Assembly: GCA_963775465.1 (NCBI GenBank)
Contig: CAVZIW010000002.1
Coordinates: forward strand, 64,110-128,109
DNA length: 64,000 bases
From: Candidatus Bathyarchaeota archaeon
GTDB taxonomy: Archaea; Thermoproteota; Bathyarchaeia; Bathyarchaeales; Bathycorpusculaceae
Reading direction: 5' to 3'
In this document: in pieces, positions 1 to 9,993 of the stretch
Position numbering within the stretch: position 1 is the stretch's first letter
How the letters are laid out: every line of letters starts with the position of its first letter
The notes under the pieces: model-generated
Databases searched by the model: none
Seen by the model: only the letters and a program-made list of their open reading frames with translations
Told to the model about the DNA's origin: nothing
Program-made: the position numbers and the translations under genes

Positions 1-672
1 TGGGCGGGATTCGATGCGTGTTAAGTTGATTTTGCGTTTGGCAAATTCACCTAGTGCATTGTATAGTGCGCCAGGTTCATGTTTGGCTGAGAAGATAATG
101 CTGGTCTTATCTTTGCCTGTGCGTGCTGAATCTTCATGGGAGAGAACAAAGAAACGAGTAAAATTGTCTTTGTTGTCAGCTATATCTCTCTCCAGGATCT
201 CCATGTCGTTTAACTCAGCTGCATGCTGGCTTGCGATAGCTGCTGCGTTTGTGATTTTTTGTTCTTTAATGATTTTTACACTGCCTGCGGTGTCATAAGC
301 GGGGATTATTTCCCACTTCATCTTTTCCAGATATTTGCGACATTGCGCCAAAGCTTGAGGATGAGAATACACAGCTTTGATTTGCTCCATTGTTGTGCCT
401 GGGTTAACGATGAGGCAATGCGCAATTCTGACGATGACTTCACCACATACTTTGAGATCGTAATTGAAAAAAAGGTCATAGTTTTGATTAATGCTGCCCT
501 CTATTGAGTTCTCCACGGGCACAACTCCCGCCGCAACTTGACCTTGCTTAACTGTTTCGAAAACTTCTAAAAAATCTCGGCAGGGCTTAGCTTCCACTTT
601 AGAGCCGAAAAACTGAAAAACTGCAGATTCACTGTAGGCGCCAGGTTCTCCTTGGAAGGCTACGATTTTCAC
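1..672 (-). CDS. pheA: prephenate dehydratase (3' end outside window)
   Basis: Not in the ORF track. Hand translation from GTG at 672 (GTGA overlap with the leuA stop): MKIVAFQGEPGAYSE...VPVENSIEGS...SHPQALAQC...DNFTRF...PGALYNAL...NLTRIESRP. Confidence 0.95.
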   Translation of the reverse strand, partial: MKIVAFQGEPGAYSESAVFQFFGSKVEAKPCRDFLEVFETVKQGQVAAGVVPVENSIEGSINQNYDLFFNYDLKVCGEVIVRIAHCLIVNPGTTMEQIKAVYSHPQALAQCRKYLEKMKWEIIPAYDTAGSVKIIKEQKITNAAAIASQHAAELNDMEILERDIADNKDNFTRFFVLSHEDSARTGKDKTSIIFSAKHEPGALYNALGEFAKRKINLTRIESRP

Positions 673-2204
673 TTTTTATTTCCCTGCTTATGATTTTTTA
701 GCAAGAGCTTGTTTATACCATTTATCATGGCTTCTACGCTTGCCATTACGATGTCTTCTCGGGCTGCACGTGCTGAAACGATGTTCCCTTTTTCGTCTTC
801 TACTTTAATCACTACTTCGGCAACAGCATTGGAACCGCCCGTGATAGCTTCAAGTCGGTATTCGCTAAGACGGACTTTTTCCAAGTTGCTAGTTAGCTTC
901 TGGATGGCTTTGAGAACTGCATCAACTGGGCCAACGCCTGTTTCAGCAGCAATATACTCTTTACCATCTAACGTTAAACGTACTGAGGCTGTTGGAATGA
1001 CTTTAATGCCGGTTACTACAGCCATGTCGCATAAGTCAACGATTTTTTCTTCGCCAACTACTTCACCTATTACAGCAGAAGTTAACGCTATCAAGTCGGC
1101 GTCAGTGACCATTTTGCCTTTGTCACCAAGTTCTTTAACCCGTTGCACGATTTCTTTTAGTTGCTCTTCAGTTGGGTGGATGCCAATTTCTTCCAGTTCT
1201 GCTTTGATTCCCCTTGTTCCTGCCAATTTACCAGCGACTAGTTTGCGTGTGCGTCCGACAAGTTCGGGGTTGATAGGTTCGAAGGTAAGGGGTTGTTCGG
1301 TAACGCCGCGGGTGTGAATGCCTGATTCGTGGGCAAACGCGTTTTCTCCCACGATGGCTTTGTTGGCTTGCACTTTAATACCCGTTAAGGCAGCTACCAT
1401 ACGGCTGGTGCTGTAGAGTAGTCTTGTGTTGACTCCGGTTTTATACTTGTAGATTACGTGTAACGCGGTTACGACTTCTTCAAGTGCTGTATTTCCTGCC
1501 CGTTCTCCCAATCCGTTGACGGCGACGTGCACTTGGGTTGCGCCTGCTTCAACTGCAGCTAAACTGTTTGCAACTGCCAGACCGAAGTCGTCATGGCAAT
1601 GGATGCTTATCGGAACGGTGACAACGGTTTTTAAGTCTTCGATTAGTTTGGCAGTTGTTTTGGGGATCATGATTCCCACGGTGTCGGGGACGTTTAAGGT
1701 GTCCATGCCTGCATCTTGTGCAGCTTTGCATATTTTTTTCAAGAAAGCCAGTTCGCTACGTGTAGCATCCATTGGTGAAAACTCACATTTAATGCCGTGC
1801 TTCTTTACGTACTGAATAGATTCGACTGCCGAAGCCAACACTTGTTCCTCCGTTAAATTAACGGCGTGTTTCATTTGTACAGGCGAGGTTGGGATGAAAA
1901 CGTGAATTAAGTCAACGTCGCAACTCAGCGCTGCGTCGATGTCTCCTTTAGTTGCCCTTGACAAAGCGCATATTTCCGAGGATAAACCCAGTTTAGCGAT
2001 TTCTTTGACTACTTTTTGCTCGCCGTCTGACGAACTTGGAAAACCAGCTTCAATAACATCAACGCCAAGTATGCTTAGTTGACGCGCTATCTCAATTTTA
2101 TCATCGGCAGTTAAAGAAACTCCGGGGGTTTGTTCCCCGTCTCTTAAGGTAGTATCTAAAATACGAATGGTTCTTTGTGTTCTGTCTGGAGTCATTTTAG
2201 CCAC
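669..2204 (-). CDS. leuA: 2-isopropylmalate synthase
   Basis: DTTLRDGEQ, EAGFP, PDTVG, HCHDD and GERAGN motifs plus the C-terminal regulatory domain (GVGPVDA). Lies in an operon with leuBCD. Confidence 0.85.
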   Translation of the reverse strand: MAKMTPDRTQRTIRILDTTLRDGEQTPGVSLTADDKIEIARQLSILGVDVIEAGFPSSSDGEQKVVKEIAKLGLSSEICALSRATKGDIDAALSCDVDLIHVFIPTSPVQMKHAVNLTEEQVLASAVESIQYVKKHGIKCEFSPMDATRSELAFLKKICKAAQDAGMDTLNVPDTVGIMIPKTTAKLIEDLKTVVTVPISIHCHDDFGLAVANSLAAVEAGATQVHVAVNGLGERAGNTALEEVVTALHVIYKYKTGVNTRLLYSTSRMVAALTGIKVQANKAIVGENAFAHESGIHTRGVTEQPLTFEPINPELVGRTRKLVAGKLAGTRGIKAELEEIGIHPTEEQLKEIVQRVKELGDKGKMVTDADLIALTSAVIGEVVGEEKIVDLCDMAVVTGIKVIPTASVRLTLDGKEYIAAETGVGPVDAVLKAIQKLTSNLEKVRLSEYRLEAITGGSNAVAEVVIKVEDEKGNIVSARAAREDIVMASVEAMINGINKLLLKNHKQGNKK

Positions 2205-3234
2205 TTTTTTCTGTTAAGGCTGCGGCAATGGCTTCTGCCATTCCCACGGTTGTGGTTTTGCCGCCGCAGTCTGGAACAGATTGGCCGTTGCGCAAAGCGT
2301 ACACTACTCCGTTCTCTATGGCTGCACCTGCTTGTAAGCATTTCTTGTCTCCGTACTTTTCACCCAGCCAATCCAGCATCATTTGTGCTGATAGAATCAT
2401 GCTGATTGGGTTTGCGGTGTGTTTACCTGCACGGTTTGGTGCGGAGCCATGTATGGGTTCGAATAAGCCAAAGTTGTCGCCGATGTTTGCGCCTGGAGCC
2501 ATGCCCAACCCGCCGATCAATTGTGCTGCTTCATCGCTGAGTATGTCACCGAACATGTTGCATGTGCAAAGAACGTCAAAGGTTTGTGGTTCTTTTATTA
2601 GACGCATGGAAGCTGCATCAACGTAGAGTTCGTTGAAGGCGATGTCGGGGTAGCTTTTGGAGACTTCCCTGCAAACGCTTGCAAATAGGCCATCAGTGAC
2701 TCGCATAACATTTGCTTTGTGGATTGCTGTGACTTTCTTTTTGCCGTTTCTTAGGCGTGCGATTTCGAATGCTTTTTTGGCGATGCGTTCGCTGTTTTTA
2801 CGTGTGATGACGCGTAAGCAAACTGTGGTGTCATTGCCGATTGTAAATTCTAGTCCTTTGTAGACGTCTTCGGTGTTTTCACGAACAAAGAACATGTCGA
2901 TATCTGGACGGGCAACAGGAACTGCTGGGAAAGCTTTCAATGGACGCAGGTTTGCATAAAGATCAAACATGCAACGAAGTTTTACTATGACATCTGCTGC
3001 GGACTCACCGACTGGACCTTTAAGGCAGGCATGGGAATCCTTGATTTTTTCCACAGTGTCCGCAGGCAACGCGGCGCCAAATGTTTCAAGGGCTATGTCA
3101 CCTGCTGGGGAATCGATAATTTTTAATTTTAATCCGAATTTTTTCTCTGCTGCTTCAAGAACTTTTAGTGTGGCTTCGGATAATTCGGGTCCGATACCAT
3201 CGCCTTGAATTAAGGATATTTTGTATTCTGTCAT
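2197..3234 (-). CDS. leuB: 3-isopropylmalate dehydrogenase
   Basis: GDGIGPE, archaeal LeuB-type KGPVGESAADV, RENTE, NMFGDILSD, EPIHGSAP. Confidence 0.92.
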   Translation of the reverse strand: MTEYKISLIQGDGIGPELSEATLKVLEAAEKKFGLKLKIIDSPAGDIALETFGAALPADTVEKIKDSHACLKGPVGESAADVIVKLRCMFDLYANLRPLKAFPAVPVARPDIDMFFVRENTEDVYKGLEFTIGNDTTVCLRVITRKNSERIAKKAFEIARLRNGKKKVTAIHKANVMRVTDGLFASVCREVSKSYPDIAFNELYVDAASMRLIKEPQTFDVLCTCNMFGDILSDEAAQLIGGLGMAPGANIGDNFGLFEPIHGSAPNRAGKHTANPISMILSAQMMLDWLGEKYGDKKCLQAGAAIENGVVYALRNGQSVPDCGGKTTTVGMAEAIAAALTEKSG

Positions 3235-3731
3235 TTTTTCATTTTTCTCCGTAAGTTTTCAATTAGACCGCCGTCCGTTAGGATTTGCATTATGAAGGGG
3301 GGTAATTTTTCCACTTGGAATTTTTTGCCGTTTGTATTGTTCTCGATTTTGCCAGTTTCAAAGTCTACGGCTATTTCGTCGCCTGTCTTAACCGCCTCTG
3401 ATATGCCTTTGCATTCGATTACAGGTAAACCTATGTTGATCGAGTTGCGAAAAAATATTCTTGCAAAGGATTCGGCGATTACGCATTTAACACCTGAGTA
3501 TTTCAGGGCTAAAGGTGCTTGTTCGCGACTGGACCCGCAGCCGAAGTTTTTGCCACCGACTAATATGACACCATCTTTAGCTTTCGCTACAAATTCGGTG
3601 TCTATACTTTCCAAGGCGTGTTTGCCTAGCTCGTTAGGATCAACGAGGATTAGGTATTTGCCTGGTAGGATGACGTCAGTGTCGATGTTATTGCCAAAAA
3701 CTATAGCTCTTGCTTTGATTTTATTGTTCAT
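3231..3731 (-). CDS. leuD: 3-isopropylmalate dehydratase small subunit
   Basis: NIDTDVILP, NFGCGSSREQA, SFARIFFRN. Confidence 0.93.
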   Translation of the reverse strand: MNNKIKARAIVFGNNIDTDVILPGKYLILVDPNELGKHALESIDTEFVAKAKDGVILVGGKNFGCGSSREQAPLALKYSGVKCVIAESFARIFFRNSINIGLPVIECKGISEAVKTGDEIAVDFETGKIENNTNGKKFQVEKLPPFIMQILTDGGLIENLRRKMKK

Positions 3732-4999
3732 TACGGTTTTGCCTCCAAATCAGCTGGATCGGTGATTCTTCCTGTAACTGCAGAAGCTGCAACTGTTGCA
3801 GGTGATGCCAAGTAGACGTTGGCTTGGGTGCTGCCCATTCTACCTATAAAGTTGCGATTGGATGAACTGACACATGTTTCGCCGGCTGCCAATAAGCCGA
3901 TATGGCCTCCCAAACAAGGTCCACAGGCAGAGCCACATACGATTGCACCTGCATCTGTAAAGATTTTTAATAAACCTTCTTGCATGGCTTGACTATAGAC
4001 TTCTTGAGATGCAGGGATGACTAGGGCTCTGACGCCGTCTTTGACTTTTCTGCCCTTTATAACTTGAGCTGCGACCTGTAAGTCTTCCAATCTACCGTTG
4101 GTGCAGGATCCGATAAAAGCTTGATCGACTGGAACGATTCCGATCTCTGAGACAGGTTTAACGTTGTCAACAGATGATGGGCAAGCGACTTGAGAAGGCA
4201 TTTTTGAAATGTCGAATTCGACACTGCGCTCGTACTCAGCATCCTTGTCGCTTTGCAGAGCTTCGAAGTCTGGCAAAGTATTTGCTCTTGTGGATAAAAA
4301 TTTGCGAGTGGTTTCGTCGGGTGCGATAATGCCGTTTTTGGCTCCCATCTCAACTGCCATATTACAAACTGTCATTCGACCAGCTATGCTCATGTTTTGA
4401 ATGGTTGGACCTGTGAATTCTGCAGCTTTGTATATTGCACCATCCGCGCTTAACTTGCCAATTATGGACAATATTAGATCTTTTGCCGTGACATATTTGG
4501 GGAAATTGCCTTTAACGTTGACTTTAACTGTAGGCGGCACTTTGAACCAGATCTTGCCTGTTGCAAACACTGCGGCTGCTTCGGTTGAGCCGATGCCTGT
4601 TGCAAAAGCGCCGAATGCTCCGTACGTGCAGGTGTGGCTGTCTGCGCCGACAATTACGGTTCCTGGAATTACGTGTCCTTTTTCGGGCATAACTTGGTGA
4701 CAGATTCCGCCTCTACCAACATCGTAGAACGTCAGATTTTGATCTTTGGCAAATTGTCGCATTGTTTTATGCAGTTCTGCGGCTTTAACAGACTCTGCTG
4801 GGACTTGGTGATCCAGAATTACTACTACTTTTTTGTTATCCCAAACTTTTTGGGTGCCTATTTTTTTGAATGCTTCAACCGCCAAGGGTCCGGTTAAGTC
4901 GTGCACCATTATCATATCGACGTTTGCGTCCACGATTTCACCTGGATGAACAGCTTTTTTGCTTGCGGCTTTGGCTAAGATTTTTTCTGTAATGTTCAT
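3731..4999 (-). CDS. leuC: 3-isopropylmalate dehydratase large subunit
   Basis: DSHTCTYGA, GSCTNGR and CGPCLG Fe-S ligands, SNRNFIGRMG. Confidence 0.95.
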   Translation of the reverse strand: MNITEKILAKAASKKAVHPGEIVDANVDMIMVHDLTGPLAVEAFKKIGTQKVWDNKKVVVILDHQVPAESVKAAELHKTMRQFAKDQNLTFYDVGRGGICHQVMPEKGHVIPGTVIVGADSHTCTYGAFGAFATGIGSTEAAAVFATGKIWFKVPPTVKVNVKGNFPKYVTAKDLILSIIGKLSADGAIYKAAEFTGPTIQNMSIAGRMTVCNMAVEMGAKNGIIAPDETTRKFLSTRANTLPDFEALQSDKDAEYERSVEFDISKMPSQVACPSSVDNVKPVSEIGIVPVDQAFIGSCTNGRLEDLQVAAQVIKGRKVKDGVRALVIPASQEVYSQAMQEGLLKIFTDAGAIVCGSACGPCLGGHIGLLAAGETCVSSSNRNFIGRMGSTQANVYLASPATVAASAVTGRITDPADLEAKP

Positions 5000-5096
5000 G
5001 ATGTTTACCTTGTCTTTGAATTAACCTGAATAGAGCTGGATAAATTGGGATTTTAAAAGAACAGAGAATTAAGTATTTCCGCTTTACTCATGCCGT

Positions 5097-5609
5097 TTAT
5101 TCGTCAATTCTTATTGATTTGGCACCCCGTGCCAGCGCTGTTATTCCTGTTCTTGCTAATTCAATGATTCCGTATGCTTTCATTAGGTTAAGGAACGCAT
5201 CAATTTTGTCAGGGGTTCCTGTGATTTCAACTGTTAAGCTATCTGTAGAGACATCGATGATTCTGCCGCGGAACACTTCGACACAGTTTATTATATCGCT
5301 ACGTTCTTTGCTGCTTGGTACGTTGACTTTTACTAGTGATAGTTCACGCATGACAAAGTTGCCCTGTGAAAGTTCGTCAATTGTTAAGACATCGATTTGT
5401 TTGGCGACTTGTTTGATTACTTGATCGATGGTTTTTTCGTCTTCATTAACAGTTATAGTCATTCGCGCGATGTCCTTTTGTTGGGTGGGACCGACAGTGA
5501 TGGATTCGATGTTAAAGTTTCGGCGTCGGAACAGGTTGGCTATTGTGTGGAGGACTCCTGGTTTGTTTTCGACTAGAACGGAGATAACTTTGGTTTTTCC
5601 GGTTTCCAT
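5097..5609 (-). CDS. ilvN: acetolactate synthase small (regulatory) subunit
   Basis: ACT domain VENKPGVL...FRRRNFNIESITVG, plus ELARTG. Confidence 0.95.
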   Translation of the reverse strand: METGKTKVISVLVENKPGVLHTIANLFRRRNFNIESITVGPTQQKDIARMTITVNEDEKTIDQVIKQVAKQIDVLTIDELSQGNFVMRELSLVKVNVPSSKERSDIINCVEVFRGRIIDVSTDSLTVEITGTPDKIDAFLNLMKAYGIIELARTGITALARGAKSIRIDE

Positions 5610-7315
5610 TAGTAGTCACCTTTTTGTTGGGGTAATCCGCATCCTGGTGGCACAAAGGGAACGACGTCGTTCTCGGAGCCAATGGGTACGTCGATTACCG
5701 TTGTTACCTTACTAGTCAGTGCTGTATTAACAGCTTTGTGGAATTCCTCGATTGAAGTTGCTCTTATTCCATGTGCTCCGTAAGCTTCTGCTAGCTTAAC
5801 AAAGTCAGGTGTTTTGCCCAAATTAACTGCCATATAGCGGCGATTGTAGAGCATTCGCTGCCACTGTGCCACCATACCAAGCACAGAGTTGTTTAGCAAT
5901 ATGACTATAACAGGAATGTTTTCGTTAACGCTACAGGCTAACTCTTGTTCCGACATTATGAAGCTGCCGTCTCCTGCAATATCCACAACCACTCGATCTG
6001 GGCATGCTACTTTGGCTCCGATGGCTGCAGGGAAGCCAAATCCCATCGTGCCTAGTCCACCTGAACTAATGAAAGTTCGAGGCATCAGACTTTTGAAGTA
6101 TAATGCCGACCACATTTGGTTCTGTCCGACTTCTGTGGTGACAATGGCACTTTCAGGTAGTAGCTTGCGCAGTTCGCTTAGTAATGCTTTGGGTACCAGA
6201 TCCCGGGGTAAGTCCTTGATTAATGGACTCAATTGTTCTTTTGCTTCTTTAACTCGTTTAGTCCATGCCTTGCCTTCGCCTTTTTTCAGTCTCTCATTGA
6301 CTGCTGCAATTAGCATCTTCATTGTTATTTTGGCGTCTGCGACAATGGGTAAATCCACTTCAATGTTTTTGTTGATTTCAGCGTTATCTATGTCTATTTG
6401 GATTTTTTTAGCGTTCTGCGCGAACGTGTCAAGGTTTGCGGTAGCGCGGTCAGAGAATCTTGTACCAATGGCCAACAACAGGTCTGCTTCACTTAACAGT
6501 CTATTTGCCGCGGGGTTTCCGTGCATACCTATGCTTCCCAAAGATAGTGGGTGAGTTTCTGGAAATGCTCCTTTACCCATGAAGGTAGTTGCGACTGGAG
6601 CCATCAATAAATCTGACATTGCAACAATTTCGTCTGATGCCCCTGAAATTATCGCTCCGCCTCCTGCTAGTATTATTGGGCGTTCAGCTTTGGCTAGTAA
6701 TTCAGCGGCTTTGCTTATTCTGTTTGGGCTGGGATGGGTGATTAGTTTGTATCCTCTCAAATCTATTTTATCTGTCAATTCAATGTCAGCAGTTCCTGCT
6801 TGAACGTTCTTTGGCAAATCAATAAGAACTGGTCCTGGTCTGCCTGTGGTAGCCAAGTGGAAAGCGTTGTTAACCATGACTGGGATTTCCTCGACGCTTC
6901 GAGGTTGATAACTATATTTAGTAACAGCTGTGACAATGCCGATTATATCAGATTCTTGGAAGGCGTCTCTTCCAATCATGTAGCTAGTATTTGCTCCTGT
7001 GCTAGGGACTTGGCCTGTTAGGGCAATTATCGGAGAAGAATCCATGTAGGCATTGGCTATACCTGTGACTAGATTGGTGGCTCCTGGACCACTAGTTGCC
7101 ATGCAAACGCCTGCGCGTCCGCTGGCTCTTGCATAACCTTCTGCTTCATGAGCGGCGCATTGCTCGTGTCGAGCAAGAATATGACGGATTTTTTTGTTGC
7201 CGCATAATGCATCGTATACTGGGAGTATGGCTCCACCTAAGATGCCAAAGATTGTATCAACCTTTTGTCTTTCAAGGGATTTTAAGAGTGCTTGTGCACC
7301 AGACATTTTTGTCAT
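5609..7315 (-). CDS. ilvB: acetolactate synthase large subunit
   Basis: RHEQ, TSGPGATN, GQNQMW, GLGTMGFG and the TPP motif GDGSF...NN. AGGAG SD upstream. Confidence 0.96.
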   Translation of the reverse strand: MTKMSGAQALLKSLERQKVDTIFGILGGAILPVYDALCGNKKIRHILARHEQCAAHEAEGYARASGRAGVCMATSGPGATNLVTGIANAYMDSSPIIALTGQVPSTGANTSYMIGRDAFQESDIIGIVTAVTKYSYQPRSVEEIPVMVNNAFHLATTGRPGPVLIDLPKNVQAGTADIELTDKIDLRGYKLITHPSPNRISKAAELLAKAERPIILAGGGAIISGASDEIVAMSDLLMAPVATTFMGKGAFPETHPLSLGSIGMHGNPAANRLLSEADLLLAIGTRFSDRATANLDTFAQNAKKIQIDIDNAEINKNIEVDLPIVADAKITMKMLIAAVNERLKKGEGKAWTKRVKEAKEQLSPLIKDLPRDLVPKALLSELRKLLPESAIVTTEVGQNQMWSALYFKSLMPRTFISSGGLGTMGFGFPAAIGAKVACPDRVVVDIAGDGSFIMSEQELACSVNENIPVIVILLNNSVLGMVAQWQRMLYNRRYMAVNLGKTPDFVKLAEAYGAHGIRATSIEEFHKAVNTALTSKVTTVIDVPIGSENDVVPFVPPGCGLPQQKGDY

Positions 7316-7416
7316 TTCATTTTTGTCTCCTGTTCGTTGAATTGTTTATACTCTCGTCTCAAAAAATTATGTGCGAGAATTTTTCCGTGGCTTTTTTAGA
7401 GGTTAACCTGGGTGCA

Positions 7417-7473
7417 TCAGAGAATTTGTACCCGACGATCCCAGCTATCGAGGTGACGATCCCTCATATTCAT
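7417..7473 (-). promoter_or_regulatory. putative leader peptide (uORF) MNMRDRHLDSWDRRVQIL upstream of ilvB
   Basis: The ATG is 28 nt downstream of the TATA-like TTTAAAAG (7501-7494). The last four codons are Val-Gln-Ile-Leu and lie in a hairpin. Confidence 0.45.
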
Positions 7474-7653
7474 ACCTCTTTAAACTCCGCGTACTTTTAA
7501 AGTTACATCCGTGAGAAAATAAAAAGTTTGTGGTGTTTGCTAAAATAATACGTAGCAATCCGCAAACAACAATCAGGACTAAAGTATCTCATTTATCGAG
7601 TAAGTTAACTTTTGACCTGATTTTACAGTTCAATCAAAGCGATGAATTTAGAA

Positions 7654-9208
7654 TCATGCCGCGTTTCTAGTTCTGCTATTGACTTCAGTGCTGTTATTAT
7701 GGTTGTAATCAGTCGTGAGTACGTTCATGCCGCTGATTACTGCATCCATGCTGGCTTTCACGATGTCTTCGCGGACGCCCAAGGCAGTGACCCTTCGGTT
7801 GCCTTTTCGCATGTGAACAACCACTTCAACCATTGCATCTGTTCCACCTGTTATAGCTTTGACGTTGTATTGTTCTAGCGTTATTGGTTCTGTCTCTTTA
7901 ATTGCGTCTTTGACAGCGTTTATGGCTGCATCGACAGGTCCAACTCCGACTGCTGTCCCCCAAACATCTTTACCATTTACGTTAAGACGTACTGAAGCAG
8001 TTGCGGTGACTTTGTTTCCTCCCACAAAGGTCATTTCCTGCAGTTGAATCGGTTTAACTGCGCTTAAGCCCATAACGGTTTCGGCAATAGCCAGCACGTC
8101 CGCATCCATCACAGTTTTGCCTTTATCACCCAGTTCTTTAACTCTTTGAAAAATCTCTTTGAACTGTTCTTCACTAGGTTTTAATCCCATATATTCGAGG
8201 TTAGCGCGTATTGCGTGCGAACCTGAGTGTTTTCCTGCAGATATACGGCGGGTGCAGCCGACTAGTTCAGGAGAGATTGGCTCATAAGTCAACGGGTTAG
8301 AGAGCAAACCTTGAGTGTGGATGCCTGACTCATGTGTGAAGGCGTTTTCGCCGACTATGGCTTTATTTGGTTGTACATGTATGCCAGTTAACCTTGAAAC
8401 CAGCTGCGAGGTGCCATATAGCAGTTCAGTTTTTATTTTTAAGTCCAATTTGTAGAGTGATTTGAGAGTGATTACGACTTCTTCTAGTGCTGCGTTGCCT
8501 GCACGTTCACCTAAACCGTTTATGGTTGCATGAACTTCCTCTGCTCCAACACCTAAAGCAGCAACTGAATTGGCTACAGCCATTCCAAAGTCGTTGTGGC
8601 AATGTACGCCCACTGGGACTTTGATGTTTTCTTTTAGTTTTAAGAAATACTCTACTGTTCTTTCAGGAGTTAAAATACCCACAGTGTCACATGGGACAAC
8701 TCTGTCAACTCCACAAACGACAGCTTTCTGAAAGACCTGGACAAGATAATCAAAATTTGACCGTGTTGCATCCTCAGCCAACAACTCCACTATCAAACCG
8801 TGTTCTTTCGCATAAGTTATACAATCCTCTGTTGCCTTAAGAATCTGTTCCCGAGTCTTTTTCAGCTTACATTCAATATGCAAGTCTGAAGTCGGTATGA
8901 TCATACTTATGGTGGATGCTTCGCTTTTCAAAACAGCGTCTATGTCGTTTTTTGTTCCTCTAGCTGCGCTGCTAACTTGCGCCCTTAGACCTTGTTTGGC
9001 TACGAGTTTGACGGATTCCATTTCACCTTCAGAAACCGCAGCAAACCCTGCTTCAATCACGTCTACACCCAGGTCGTCTAGACGTTGTGCTATGCGAAGT
9101 TTGTTTTCTGGAACAAGAGAGACTCCGGGTGTTTGTTCACCATCGCGTAGGGTGGTGTCTAAAAATTTTATGGTTTTAGGGAAGCGGTTGAATAAAGCAA
9201 TACCCCAT
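7654..9208 (-). CDS. cimA: (R)-citramalate synthase; start region out of frame
   Basis: The frame extends upstream of the track ORF through KFLDTTLRDGEQTPGVSL. EAGFAAVS, YAKEHGLIVELLAEDATRS and CDTVG resemble archaeal CimA more than LeuA. There is no in-frame ATG/GTG/TTG before the catalytic motif, and the ATG at 9208 is one base off. Confidence 0.75.
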
Positions 9209-9381
9209 TTAAATCACATCTCTTGTTTCACCGTCAAGCCAAGATATAAAATTTATGGTGGCCGATTCATGCACGTTTACGATCTGGGTTGGTTAGGCAA
9301 GGGGGTAATTAAGAAAATTGTTTAGAACTAAACTCATGTGTTACAGAAGAAAAACGATCTGTAGCCCTGAACCAGAATACC

Positions 9382-9453
9382 GTGACTTCACAAAAACAAT
9401 TGACCATCAGGTTTGGGATCCGAAAGGATTAACATTTGTTGCTGTGAAGGCAC
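9382..9453. other. long inverted repeat / candidate structured RNA
   Basis: GTGACTTCACA (9382-9392) pairs with TGTGAAGGCAC (9443-9453). Inner pairings AACAA/TTGTT and an ATCC-GAAA-GGAT tetraloop hairpin. Confidence 0.3.
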
Positions 9454-9518
9454 AATCACAAGTTTTTAAATAGAGTCAAAAGCCTCTTAATTCACCCAAA
9501 TAGGAGATGAAATTTTTT

Positions 9519-9935
9519 ATGGCAGATATAGTTGATACCGCAGTAGCGGCCGGTAATTTTAAAACACTCGTAGCAGCTGTAACGGCAGCAAAATTAGTTG
9601 ACACATTAAAAAGCAAAGGTCCATTCACGGTTTTTGCACCCACAGACGAAGCATTCGCAAAATTACCAAAAGGTACAGTTGAAGGACTACTAAAAGACAT
9701 CCCTAAACTCACAGCAATTCTAAAATATCATGTCGTTGAGGGAGCGGTACCTGCGGCAGACGTGGTACAGCACAAAAACATAACAACACTCCAAGGTCAA
9801 GACCTAAAAGTTGACGCTGTTAAATGGCATCTTCACAAGAATGTAAAGATAAACGACGCTGACATAGTAAAAGCGGACATAACTACGGATAACGGAGTAA
9901 TACACGTAATCGACAAAGTATTGTTGCCAACGTAG
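9519..9935 (+). CDS. fasciclin (FAS1) domain protein, no signal peptide
   Basis: [51 protein letters not shown]. Confidence 0.95.
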   Translation: MADIVDTAVAAGNFKTLVAAVTAAKLVDTLKSKGPFTVFAPTDEAFAKLPKGTVEGLLKDIPKLTAILKYHVVEGAVPAADVVQHKNITTLQGQDLKVDAVKWHLHKNVKINDADIVKADITTDNGVIHVIDKVLLPT

Positions 9936-9993
9936 AGCAAAACAAAAATACCTTCTTTTTTTATTGTTATTTTGTTCATTGGTGGATATAATA

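Noticed and set aside
14-7021. Many plus-strand ORFs of 60-220 aa over the ilv/leu genes, and similar antisense ORFs throughout the window
   Set aside because: They are shadows of well-supported genes on the opposite strand, with no motifs of their own.
9365-9430. Resemblance to a TPP riboswitch (CCTGA...AATAC), SRP helix 8 or a hammerhead core
   Set aside because: The required conserved elements (CTGAGA, GGAAGCAGC, CTGATGA plus GAAA) are missing.
9336-9473. 45-aa plus-strand ORF MCYRRKTICSPEPEYRDF...
   Set aside because: No SD or recognisable motif, and it runs over the fasciclin TATA box.
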